DNA of 5,986 nt, taken from the IMG/VR virus record IMGVR_UViG_2778261171_000001, one strand, 5' to 3'. Position numbers and translations under genes: made by a program. This DNA comes from a virus (taxonomy: Duplodnaviria > Heunggongvirae > Uroviricota > Caudoviricetes). Below are positions 1 through 5,986 of this stretch, piece by piece (the stretch's first letter is position 1; every line of letters begins with the position of its first letter). The notes beneath the pieces were generated by a model. It saw only the letters and a program-made list of their open reading frames with translations, did not search any database and had not been told where the DNA came from.

Positions 1-427
1 GAACTGCCGGAGGCGTAGGCCATTCAATATCTGGCGCACCGGAAGTATCGACCAGCTCCAGTGCGTCCAGATAATCCAGCCACAAATTATATTGCGCCAG
101 TTCCTCACCTTTCAGACGACCAATAGCCGCTTTACCTGGCCATTGCTTACCGTGCATATAATTATTGGCTTCATCGATACGAATTTGTTTTTCATTCTTA
201 TTTTTCAGAATAAGTTCTTCTTCAGTCATAGGCGGGGCATCTTCCCAGATGGGCAGGCCATCTGCATGGGAGCGAATTTTGCCTTTCGGTGGATTTTGCG
301 AATATTGATAAAATAATTCATCTGAAACTTCTTTTGCATCTGCTGGCCACGATCCAGCATCCTCATAGCTCTCTTTGTTAATATCTGAAACAAAAATATT
401 ATGTGCTGCACTGTAGAAAAATGTCAT
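1..427 (-). CDS. Tail fiber assembly protein (Tfa, Mu U / lambda Tfa-like chaperone); C-terminal few residues lie beyond the window edge
   Basis: Not in the ORF track because it has no in-window stop. Hand translation of the reverse complement from the ATG at 427..425 gives 142 codons with no stop: MTFFYSAAHNIFVSDINKESYEDAGSWPADAKEVSDELFYQYSQNPPKGKIRSHADGLPIWEDAPPMTEEELILKNKNEKQIRIDEANNYMHGKQWPGKAAIGRLKGEELAQYNLWLDYLDALELVDTSGAPDIEWPTPPAV... The C-terminal segment (W..Y..L..VDTS.APDIEWP..P) matches the conserved C-terminal motif of phage tail fiber assembly proteins as I recall it. The start lies 1 nt after the tail fiber stop (TGA-T-ATG) with a GGGG Shine-Dalgarno-like run about 9 nt upstream. 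Confidence 0.8.
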   Translation of the reverse strand, partial: MTFFYSAAHNIFVSDINKESYEDAGSWPADAKEVSDELFYQYSQNPPKGKIRSHADGLPIWEDAPPMTEEELILKNKNEKQIRIDEANNYMHGKQWPGKAAIGRLKGEELAQYNLWLDYLDALELVDTSGAPDIEWPTPPAV

Positions 428-428
428 A

Positions 429-1166
429 TCAGTAACCCCATGCTTCATAAGAGATTTCAGCGTTCGGTAGCGCGCCCAGCGACGGGCTTCCACCGTTGCC
501 AAGAATGTTCGCCACTCCCCATATCTTCACGCCCGTTCTGCTTAAATTAGAATACATCGCCATGTTGTAGGATGGGACGCCACTTTCTTGGTTGTGCAAT
601 GCAAACCGAACACAAGCATTTGGGAACGCCACTGGGAATGTCATGGTCTGGGGAGTCAAAGAGCTTACTGTTGGGGTCATACCTAAAATCTGAATTAAGC
701 CATTCGCGTAATAATTAATAGTGTAAGTAGTGGTTGTTACTCGACGGACGCTATCCAACGTTACCAGGCGGATGGCTGTGTGAGTGTCCTCATGCATAAG
801 ATAAGGGGCAAGTTCACTTCCTAAGTAGAACCCTGCTTCTTTACAGGTATCACCAATTATCGCGTTGGTTAATCCAAGGTTTTCGAGAGCCGTTTTCACC
901 GTGCCATCCGATTTGATATCGCCAAACGGATTCTTGCGGCTTAACAGCAGCGCGCGAAGCGCGGTAAGTAGCTGGTCGTGCCGCCCCTTATCCAGGCTGG
1001 CACCGGACGCCTCCACAACGCTGCAAAGCTCCTCCTGCAACATGTCAAAGTAGTCATCATCCAGATCGGTGGCAGGCGTGCCGGTCTGGGGGTTACCACG
1101 GGTAAAACCGTTCTTACCCGCGCCGAACTTATCCTTCTGCGCGGTTTTCGTGTCTATACGATGCAT
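429..1166 (-). CDS. Tail fiber protein (short, 245 aa), with a conserved baseplate-proximal N-terminal part and a divergent distal part
   Basis: ORF-track ORF with ATG start at 1166..1164 and TGA stop at 431..429. A GGAG Shine-Dalgarno lies 6 nt upstream (minus-strand reading of 1173..1176). The gene sits between the DUF2313 (gp48-like) gene and the Tfa chaperone, which is the canonical position of the Mu S fiber. The N-terminal region (DDDYFDMLQEELCSVVEASGASLDKGRHDQLLTALRAL) resembles the conserved N-terminal module of Tfa-dependent fibers as I recall it. The distal part is AT-richer than the rest of the operon. Confidence 0.7.
   Translation of the reverse strand: MHRIDTKTAQKDKFGAGKNGFTRGNPQTGTPATDLDDDYFDMLQEELCSVVEASGASLDKGRHDQLLTALRALLLSRKNPFGDIKSDGTVKTALENLGLTNAIIGDTCKEAGFYLGSELAPYLMHEDTHTAIRLVTLDSVRRVTTTTYTINYYANGLIQILGMTPTVSSLTPQTMTFPVAFPNACVRFALHNQESGVPSYNMAMYSNLSRTGVKIWGVANILGNGGSPSLGALPNAEISYEAWGY
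857..890. other. Candidate relic or partial Din-family (Hin/Gin/Cin/Pin) inversion crossover site embedded in the tail fiber coding sequence
   Basis: Forward sequence TTATCGCGTTGGTTAATCCAAGGTTTTCGAGAGC contains the core AATCC-AA-GGTTTTCGAGA. One half matches the hix/gix half-site consensus (…AAAACC NN GGTTTT…) well, by my count 9 of 12 against hixL as recalled from memory; the other half is degenerate at about 5 of 12. It sits at the GC-rich to AT-rich transition of the gene, within codons for ALENLGLTNAI. Confidence 0.25.
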
Positions 1167-1169
1167 GGA

Positions 1170-1754
1170 TTACTCCGGATATTTAAAAATTACGTAGGTA
1201 TGCGACGGGCAGAGTTTGTTAAGCACACATTCGACAACTGTGTCGCCCCAGATACGCAGTGCGGAATCACAGGGATCGCCACATGCCATCCAGGTGGTGT
1301 TGGTGGCGGCTGGCATGTTGACCTGCCAGTAATACCGCCATTCAGGCGCGTTCACAGCGTCAGTACAGGCCGATGAGCAGGTGAACGTGCTTTTGTCGTA
1401 TCGCGTGATGGTGGCATCTGGTCTGCCCAGGGCAGCAAGCTGTGCAAGATAAAAATCCTCGTTGATGCCGCCCGCCAGGTTAACCTTCGCATCCAGTCGT
1501 TGCTGACGCTGGCGAAGGGTCTGTGTTCCTGCGGGAATACATTCATCCGGCAGGCCGCACAGACGCTCCCAGCGATTTATCAGTTCGGTGGTGGTGCGCG
1601 GATCCAGCTCCCGCATCAGGGCATCCGCACGCTGATGAACGCGGGTTAATGACGGTGCCGCACCGGCAATCGCCGGATCGCTGGCTGACCACGCCGGACC
1701 GGGCGGCAGCAGTGCCGACAACAGGCGGATGTAATCATCGTTTGTCACGTCCAT
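1170..1754 (-). CDS. Phage tail protein of the DUF2313 / YmfQ family (Mu gp48-like)
   Basis: 194-aa ORF with ATG start at 1754..1752 that overlaps the upstream gene's stop by 10 nt, and TAA stop at 1172..1170. A GGGGA Shine-Dalgarno-like run lies about 7 nt upstream. Size and position (between baseplate J and the tail fiber) match Mu gp48; the family call is from synteny and recollection, not a search. Confidence 0.75.
   Translation of the reverse strand: MDVTNDDYIRLLSALLPPGPAWSASDPAIAGAAPSLTRVHQRADALMRELDPRTTTELINRWERLCGLPDECIPAGTQTLRQRQQRLDAKVNLAGGINEDFYLAQLAALGRPDATITRYDKSTFTCSSACTDAVNAPEWRYYWQVNMPAATNTTWMACGDPCDSALRIWGDTVVECVLNKLCPSHTYVIFKYPE
1173..1176 (-). promoter_or_regulatory. Shine-Dalgarno sequence (GGAG) for the tail fiber gene
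   Basis: Forward ctcc at 1173..1176 reads GGAG on the minus strand, 6 nt upstream of the ATG at 1166..1164. Confidence 0.45.
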
Positions 1755-2803
1755 GAAATCGTCCCCAGAACCGCCAGTTCATTTTTTGCAATGGAGATAT
1801 TTTCCGCCGGTGCAAGCAACTGATGGCTGTATTCCCCGTTCGCACCGGAAATCGCTTCACTGATACGCGACACCTTCAGTTCTCCCTGCGGATAACCATC
1901 ACGCAGCAGGAACGAACGCAACTCCGCGGTGATGGCAGCCCGTATTTCCGGTGTATCCGGCGTCACACGGATATGAAAATCCACCGTATGCGCCACCGGC
2001 CTGAACACATACAAATCAGAGCCTGCCACCGGGGCCAGTGGCCCGATATGTTGTCTTGCCGCCGTTTCCGTTGATTCTTCCGGAATGGGATTAATCAGGT
2101 CACTGCCGGCAATCATCACACCGACAGTCCCCGTTCCCATCCAGTGACGGTATGCCCATGCGCGGGTAATGCCGGGCACTTCTTTAGCCCAGACAACATA
2201 GTCCCCGTCAGCCCCGCCCTGAGGCGTCCAGTAATACCGCTCAATGACGCGGGCGCGCCACGTTTCCAGATCTTCAGTATCAAATCCACCTGTCAGAGTG
2301 TCTGCCACGCCGGAAGACGGCAGACCATTAACCGGCGTGACCAGGATTAATGACGTACCGTCGTCAGCGTTACCGACCGCGCCTGCACTTGAGCAGGCGA
2401 TCGGCACGCGCAGGACACCACCGGCGCTGGTTGCATCGGCAGTTGCCGTGTACTGAACCAGGTCATCGCGCTGAATAACACTCCCGGCGGTCACCTTCAG
2501 GCCATCGCTGACGCCTTCCCAGCGCATATACCCGCTGGCAGTCGTGGCCCCCTTGCGCGGACACCGTTTCATCGCAGCATGTCGCGCCAGCCAGGACTCA
2601 TCGCACAGGTCAGGCAGCATGTTCATTGCCAGATAATCGATGTACCCGTAAACCGTATGCAGCGCCGCCGCATACACCTTTGCCCGCACGTCTTCATCCA
2701 TGCGCCGGAGCGTGTCGCTGACGTCCAGCCTGGCGAATAAATCGTTACGGAGCATACTGATATTTTCTGCCAGCGTCGGGCGCTGAAATTCACTGTCCGC
2801 CAT
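1745..2803 (-). CDS. Baseplate J-like protein (Mu gp47 / P2 gpJ family baseplate wedge)
   Basis: 352-aa ORF with ATG start at 2803..2801 and TGA stop at 1747..1745. The start overlaps the gp46-like gene's end by 14 nt. Length and position match Mu gp47; the protein looks like baseplate J family members as I recall them. Confidence 0.85.
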   Translation of the reverse strand: MADSEFQRPTLAENISMLRNDLFARLDVSDTLRRMDEDVRAKVYAAALHTVYGYIDYLAMNMLPDLCDESWLARHAAMKRCPRKGATTASGYMRWEGVSDGLKVTAGSVIQRDDLVQYTATADATSAGGVLRVPIACSSAGAVGNADDGTSLILVTPVNGLPSSGVADTLTGGFDTEDLETWRARVIERYYWTPQGGADGDYVVWAKEVPGITRAWAYRHWMGTGTVGVMIAGSDLINPIPEESTETAARQHIGPLAPVAGSDLYVFRPVAHTVDFHIRVTPDTPEIRAAITAELRSFLLRDGYPQGELKVSRISEAISGANGEYSHQLLAPAENISIAKNELAVLGTISWT

Positions 2804-3218
2804 GCGTTATCGCACTCCACAGATCATCAAAAGAAATCATTACCGGTCCGTCACGACGCCAGAGGGTGATACTGTTACCCAGCTCATTAATCCCGGTGCG
2901 GCGGATATCCAGATCAATACGGGACACCACGCCGTCATCAATCATCCATTGCAGGCATTCGCGGGTATATCCCCTTACCGTCTGCACCAGTTGATTGGTC
3001 AGTTTGCTGCGCTGAAGCAGCCACAGTCGGGAGCCGTAACGGTCATTCTGTACCGCAGGCCAGGTATCCCCCCACCATCCCATCGGGACGTCGGCGTTGT
3101 CATCAGGCTCCGCCCGCCGCCAGGTAAACAGGGAAATCACCACGGCGCGGGTCAGCGGATCCAGCGGTGCGCTGGCGCAGGTGCGTTTACCGTTCACCGT
3201 CAGCCACAGTTCCATCAT
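2790..3218 (-). CDS. Phage GP46-family baseplate protein (Mu gp46-like)
   Basis: 142-aa ORF with tandem ATG ATG at 3218..3213 and TGA stop at 2792..2790. The start overlaps the spike gene's stop in an ATGA arrangement. Size and position between the spike and baseplate J match Mu gp46. The exact start (first or second ATG) is uncertain. Confidence 0.7.
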   Translation of the reverse strand: MMELWLTVNGKRTCASAPLDPLTRAVVISLFTWRRAEPDDNADVPMGWWGDTWPAVQNDRYGSRLWLLQRSKLTNQLVQTVRGYTRECLQWMIDDGVVSRIDLDIRRTGINELGNSITLWRRDGPVMISFDDLWSAITHGGQ

Positions 3219-3763
3219 GCCTCCATCGCTTTATCCGGTTTGTCGGTGTTACTGCCCTGACCGTTCTCTCTGTGACGATGCCCGTTATAGGCAAGCCGCA
3301 TCGCTGACATGGTGGTACCGCCGGAGTCGCACAGGTCTTTCACCTGTCCGGTCACTTCCAGGTCCATTTCAAAACGTGCTCTGGGCGCATTGCGAAACGT
3401 GATCGTTTTACCTGCACCGTCCACCACGATCCCCTCCCGGGTCAGCGTCACAGACTGCCCCTGATCGTCATAGACAGCCACCTCACCCGTCTGCAGCCCT
3501 TTCAGGCGGTAGCGCCGGTCCGACACCGTAACAACCACCGCATGAGAACGGTCGCCATCCGGAAACAACACCACCGCTTCCGCACCGCTGTTTGCCCTTG
3601 CGGTAAAACCGTAGGGTTCAAGATGTTCAATCCCGGCTTTGGGTTCACCGGCAATCAGGGACACATCCACGGTCTGACATTTCGTGGCGGCACTGATGCT
3701 TTTCACCACTGCCCGCCCAATCAGGCCGAGAAGTTGTCGCTGCATGGCTTCAATCGTCCTCAT
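3215..3763 (-). CDS. Baseplate central spike / baseplate assembly protein V family (Mu gp45-like)
   Basis: 182-aa ORF with ATG start at 3763..3761 and TGA stop at 3217..3215. An AGGAGG Shine-Dalgarno lies about 10 nt upstream (minus-strand reading of 3774..3779). The start overlaps the hub gene's stop by 1 nt (TGATG). The protein has a beta-rich composition and an H-R-H motif near the C-terminus, consistent with a spike protein; size and position match Mu gp45. Confidence 0.8.
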   Translation of the reverse strand: MRTIEAMQRQLLGLIGRAVVKSISAATKCQTVDVSLIAGEPKAGIEHLEPYGFTARANSGAEAVVLFPDGDRSHAVVVTVSDRRYRLKGLQTGEVAVYDDQGQSVTLTREGIVVDGAGKTITFRNAPRARFEMDLEVTGQVKDLCDSGGTTMSAMRLAYNGHRHRENGQGSNTDKPDKAMEA

Positions 3764-4842
3764 CAGAACGGGTCCTCCTGTACTCTGGCTTTTTTCTTTT
3801 TCCGCGCGCCGGGGTCTTCGGGTTCAGGCAGATAAGCATCAGGCGGGCCGACACGGATTTCCGTCAGGGTGCCGTTCTGGTCCTGAGTAAACGTGACTTC
3901 CGAAACAAGCAGTTCGGTATTGTCGAAACCACAGACCGGATCGAAGACAATCACCCGCTGGTTGGGCTGCCACAGCGTACCGTTACCCTGTCGCCAGCCC
4001 TGAACCACATAGGTGGTTTCATCCGTCCGCGCCGCCCGTTGTCGGGCTTCAAAGTCCGCACGGGCAATACAGCCTGCCCCCGTAGCCTGCCCTGTCTGCC
4101 TGATATACATCGGACGGTAACGGGCAATAAATGCGTCCTCTGTGCGGGCCCGCAGCGCGGTGGTGGTGGCCTCACCGAAATCATCGTCGTTTCCGGCACG
4201 CTGCCCCGCCACCTGGTAAACAGAAAACCGCTCCCGGATACTCTTCTCCGTATCACAGGAAAGGATATTTTCCCCAAGTACCAGCGCGGTATGTGCCCGC
4301 GTTGAGCCAATACCGCCAATCACCAGCCTGCCGTGCGGGTCGTCGTAAGCCAGTGCCTGCTGCTGACCGAGTATTTTGTTGATCACCTCAATCACCGTTT
4401 CGCCGTGATCAGGCTGGACATCAGGAATAACACCCGACGGCGCACTGTTGTTCACCACCTCAATGCCGAAAGGCGCAGCAAGCGCCTGCGTAATCTGTAC
4501 CAGCGATCGTCCGTTAAACTGTGTCGGTTCGGCTGCACAGTCAATCAGGTCAGCGGTCAGACTGCGTCCGGCAATACCGGTGCTGACCGAACGGGCATCG
4601 TAACGAACGGGCGTCGCCTCCACCCAGCCGGTGATCACCAGCTCATCACCAATCAGCACCTCCACTTTTGAACCGTTTTTAATGCGCGGCTGAAGCGTGG
4701 TGATACCCTCATCTCCCGGCCACTGTCGGGTGATCTCCACACTGAAATCCCGCGCCAGCCGTTCAATACCGGCACCGATGCGTACCGATGTCCAGCCATT
4801 CCACTCCCGGCCATTTACCCGTAGCGTGACATTGTCGTTCAT
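3763..4842 (-). CDS. Baseplate hub protein, Mu P (gp44) / late-control-D-like family
   Basis: 359-aa ORF with ATG start at 4842..4840 overlapping the upstream gene's stop (ATGA), and TGA stop at 3765..3763. Size and position immediately downstream of the DNA-circulation-like gene match Mu P. It has a lysine-rich C-terminal tail (ARKKKKARVQEDPF). Confidence 0.8.
   Translation of the reverse strand: MNDNVTLRVNGREWNGWTSVRIGAGIERLARDFSVEITRQWPGDEGITTLQPRIKNGSKVEVLIGDELVITGWVEATPVRYDARSVSTGIAGRSLTADLIDCAAEPTQFNGRSLVQITQALAAPFGIEVVNNSAPSGVIPDVQPDHGETVIEVINKILGQQQALAYDDPHGRLVIGGIGSTRAHTALVLGENILSCDTEKSIRERFSVYQVAGQRAGNDDDFGEATTTALRARTEDAFIARYRPMYIRQTGQATGAGCIARADFEARQRAARTDETTYVVQGWRQGNGTLWQPNQRVIVFDPVCGFDNTELLVSEVTFTQDQNGTLTEIRVGPPDAYLPEPEDPGARKKKKARVQEDPF
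3774..3779 (-). promoter_or_regulatory. Shine-Dalgarno sequence (AGGAGG) for the spike gene, embedded in the 3' end of the hub gene
   Basis: Forward cctcct at 3774..3779 reads AGGAGG on the minus strand, 10 nt upstream of the ATG at 3763..3761. Confidence 0.5.
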
Positions 4843-5986
4843 TGCACTGGCACCTTCAGAGGGATCACCGGCACAAAGCCGGGATGCGTAATGGCATTAC
4901 GCCGGATAATGTCCGCGTCACGCGCCGCGTTATCAAACCAGGTCGCCGCCAGCACCAGCGCGGGTAAAACCTCATCCGGTGTGCGCTGAATGATCCGTGC
5001 AGACTGTTCAAGGCGCGTGTTGATATCCGCATTCAGATCTGCTTTCACCCGGCGCAGCGCCAGAAACAGCGCATCACTGGTTGTACGGGACAACTCCTTA
5101 TCAATTGCCGTATTCAGTGTGTCGCGAATGTCAGTCAGTTCTTCCCACGTCGGCAGGTCAACCGTGTTTTTCACCGCCGGTGCATTGTTCAGTGCCGGAT
5201 GCGTGACGGAAGGCCAGCCAGTGCTCTGCGCAGGTGTTGTTGCCTGCCCCACTGCGGAATTCTGCATCACCGCGGAAGTTGTTGGCGCAGGCAATCGGGT
5301 GATGGCATACGCCGCTTCGCTGATTGCGGTCGTACGAAGGGTGCTGGCAACCACATTACGCTGCTGCGTAGCCGTGGCGGTGGTTTTACTGTCCGTTTTC
5401 CAGACGCCGCGCGGTTGCAGATCGCTGCCGAGGCTGACACCGGAAAGCGTTTTGATCATGGTGACCAGGTCGCTGGCGTTACCATAAAGGCGTTTCCCGG
5501 TACGCCACATTTTCTGCACCTGCTCAACGAAATTTTTGCCTGACGATGGCGGCGGCAGAAGTACCGAGATATCCCCCTGCAACAGCCTGGCGGCATCCGA
5601 TACGGCAGAATCCACCACTTTCATCGCATCAGAAACATACCCCAGCATTATGCTGGCATTACCGATAACGTCGTTCTGCACGAAATCCGCCACACCATCG
5701 ATACTGAAACCGCTGAAGCTGTCACTGATGCAGTCATCCAGTGCAGAACAGGATGACATCAGCGTCTGCGCCGTCGCCGCACCTGATGTGGGGTAAGAGA
5801 GTTCTCCTGCTTCGACAAACTTCAGGTCAAAGCGGACAATACGCCCTTCACTTTTCGATGTGCTGACCCGAACTTCCCCGGGCTTTGTTGAATAAATCGA
5901 ACTTTTGCTGAGTTGAAGGATCAGATCACGCATCTTCCCGACAACGCAGACCGTTCCGTGGCAAAGCAAAAGTTCAAAATCACCAA
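4839..5986 (-). CDS. DNA circulation protein family (Mu N / gp43-like), C-terminal ~380 codons only; 5' end is beyond the right edge of the window
   Basis: The reading frame is open from the window edge to the TGA at 4841..4839. The M at 5969 in the ORF track is actually a TTG codon (forward caa at 5967..5969), and the frame continues without a stop to position 5986, so the true start is off-window. Assignment is by synteny (the gene immediately upstream of the P-like hub gene) and size; I do not recognise the sequence itself with certainty. Confidence 0.6.
   Translation of the reverse strand, partial: GDFELLLCHGTVCVVGKMRDLILQLSKSSIYSTKPGEVRVSTSKSEGRIVRFDLKFVEAGELSYPTSGAATAQTLMSSCSALDDCISDSFSGFSIDGVADFVQNDVIGNASIMLGYVSDAMKVVDSAVSDAARLLQGDISVLLPPPSSGKNFVEQVQKMWRTGKRLYGNASDLVTMIKTLSGVSLGSDLQPRGVWKTDSKTTATATQQRNVVASTLRTTAISEAAYAITRLPAPTTSAVMQNSAVGQATTPAQSTGWPSVTHPALNNAPAVKNTVDLPTWEELTDIRDTLNTAIDKELSRTTSDALFLALRRVKADLNADINTRLEQSARIIQRTPDEVLPALVLAATWFDNAARDADIIRRNAITHPGFVPVIPLKVPVQ

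Noticed and set aside
92-411. Small ORFs inside the Tfa region (92..316 plus strand, 226..411 minus strand in another frame)
   Set aside because: Both are nested in or antisense to the Tfa reading frame, which has a recognisable conserved C-terminal motif. The small ORFs are AT-rich-region artefacts.
978-1376. Plus-strand 132-aa ORF overlapping the tail fiber and DUF2313 genes
   Set aside because: It is entirely antisense to two well-supported minus-strand genes in GC-rich DNA where long stop-free antisense frames arise by chance. It has no Shine-Dalgarno sequence, and its product is Arg/Gly/Pro-rich and low in complexity, typical of shadow ORFs.
2802-3260. Plus-strand 152-aa ORF antisense to the gp46-like gene
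   Set aside because: Shadow ORF on the opposite strand of a syntenic, translationally coupled gene; composition-driven with no independent support.
3789-3802. Homopolymer-rich tract (minus strand GAAAAAGAAAAAAG) at the 3' end of the hub gene, considered as a programmed frameshift or phase-variable slippage site
   Set aside because: The runs are short (5 and 6 A) and encode an in-frame KKKK in a lysine-rich C-terminal tail followed directly by the normal stop. Frameshift sites in tail operons are expected upstream of the tape measure gene, not here. Most likely just a basic tail.
1352-4319. Nested minus-strand alternative-frame ORFs (1352..1546, 2623..2820, 3951..4319)
   Set aside because: Each lies wholly inside a longer, syntenically supported gene on the same strand in a different frame. 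No evidence for overlapping-gene coding.
4990-5543. Plus-strand ORFs of 165 and 114 aa (4990..5487, 5199..5543) antisense to the N-like gene
   Set aside because: Same reasoning: antisense to a long coding region, Arg/Ala/Cys-rich low-complexity products, no ribosome-binding signals. Not credible as genes.
1-5986. Search for a novel defence, toxin or other accessory system, tRNA/rRNA genes, CRISPR repeats or IS element ends
   Set aside because: All coding capacity is accounted for by eight contiguous tail genes with no intergenic space. I found no direct-repeat arrays, no terminal inverted repeats and no structured-RNA-like regions. Claiming a new system here would not be supported by the sequence.

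Overview
The whole 5,986-bp window is one densely packed minus-strand operon encoding the distal part of a Mu-like contractile phage tail (baseplate plus host-range genes). Reading in the direction of transcription (high to low coordinates): a 5'-truncated DNA-circulation-like protein (Mu N/gp43 position), baseplate hub (P/gp44-like), central spike (gp45-like), gp46-like protein, baseplate J (gp47-like), DUF2313 protein (gp48-like), a short 245-aa tail fiber, and a tail fiber assembly chaperone that runs off the left edge. Seven of the eight starts are ATG, and each directly abuts or overlaps the preceding stop; the eighth start lies beyond the window. Family assignments rest on gene order, protein sizes and motifs recalled from memory, not on any database search. 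I see no tRNA, rRNA, CRISPR array, IS element or convincing plus-strand gene, and no evidence for a novel defence or other undescribed system. The most interesting signal is a compositional break inside the tail fiber gene (GC-rich proximal part, AT-richer distal part plus chaperone) that coincides with an imperfect Hin/Gin/Pin-type inversion half-site. This suggests the left edge of the window enters a recombinationally swapped, possibly invertible, host-range cassette whose remainder would lie off-window.
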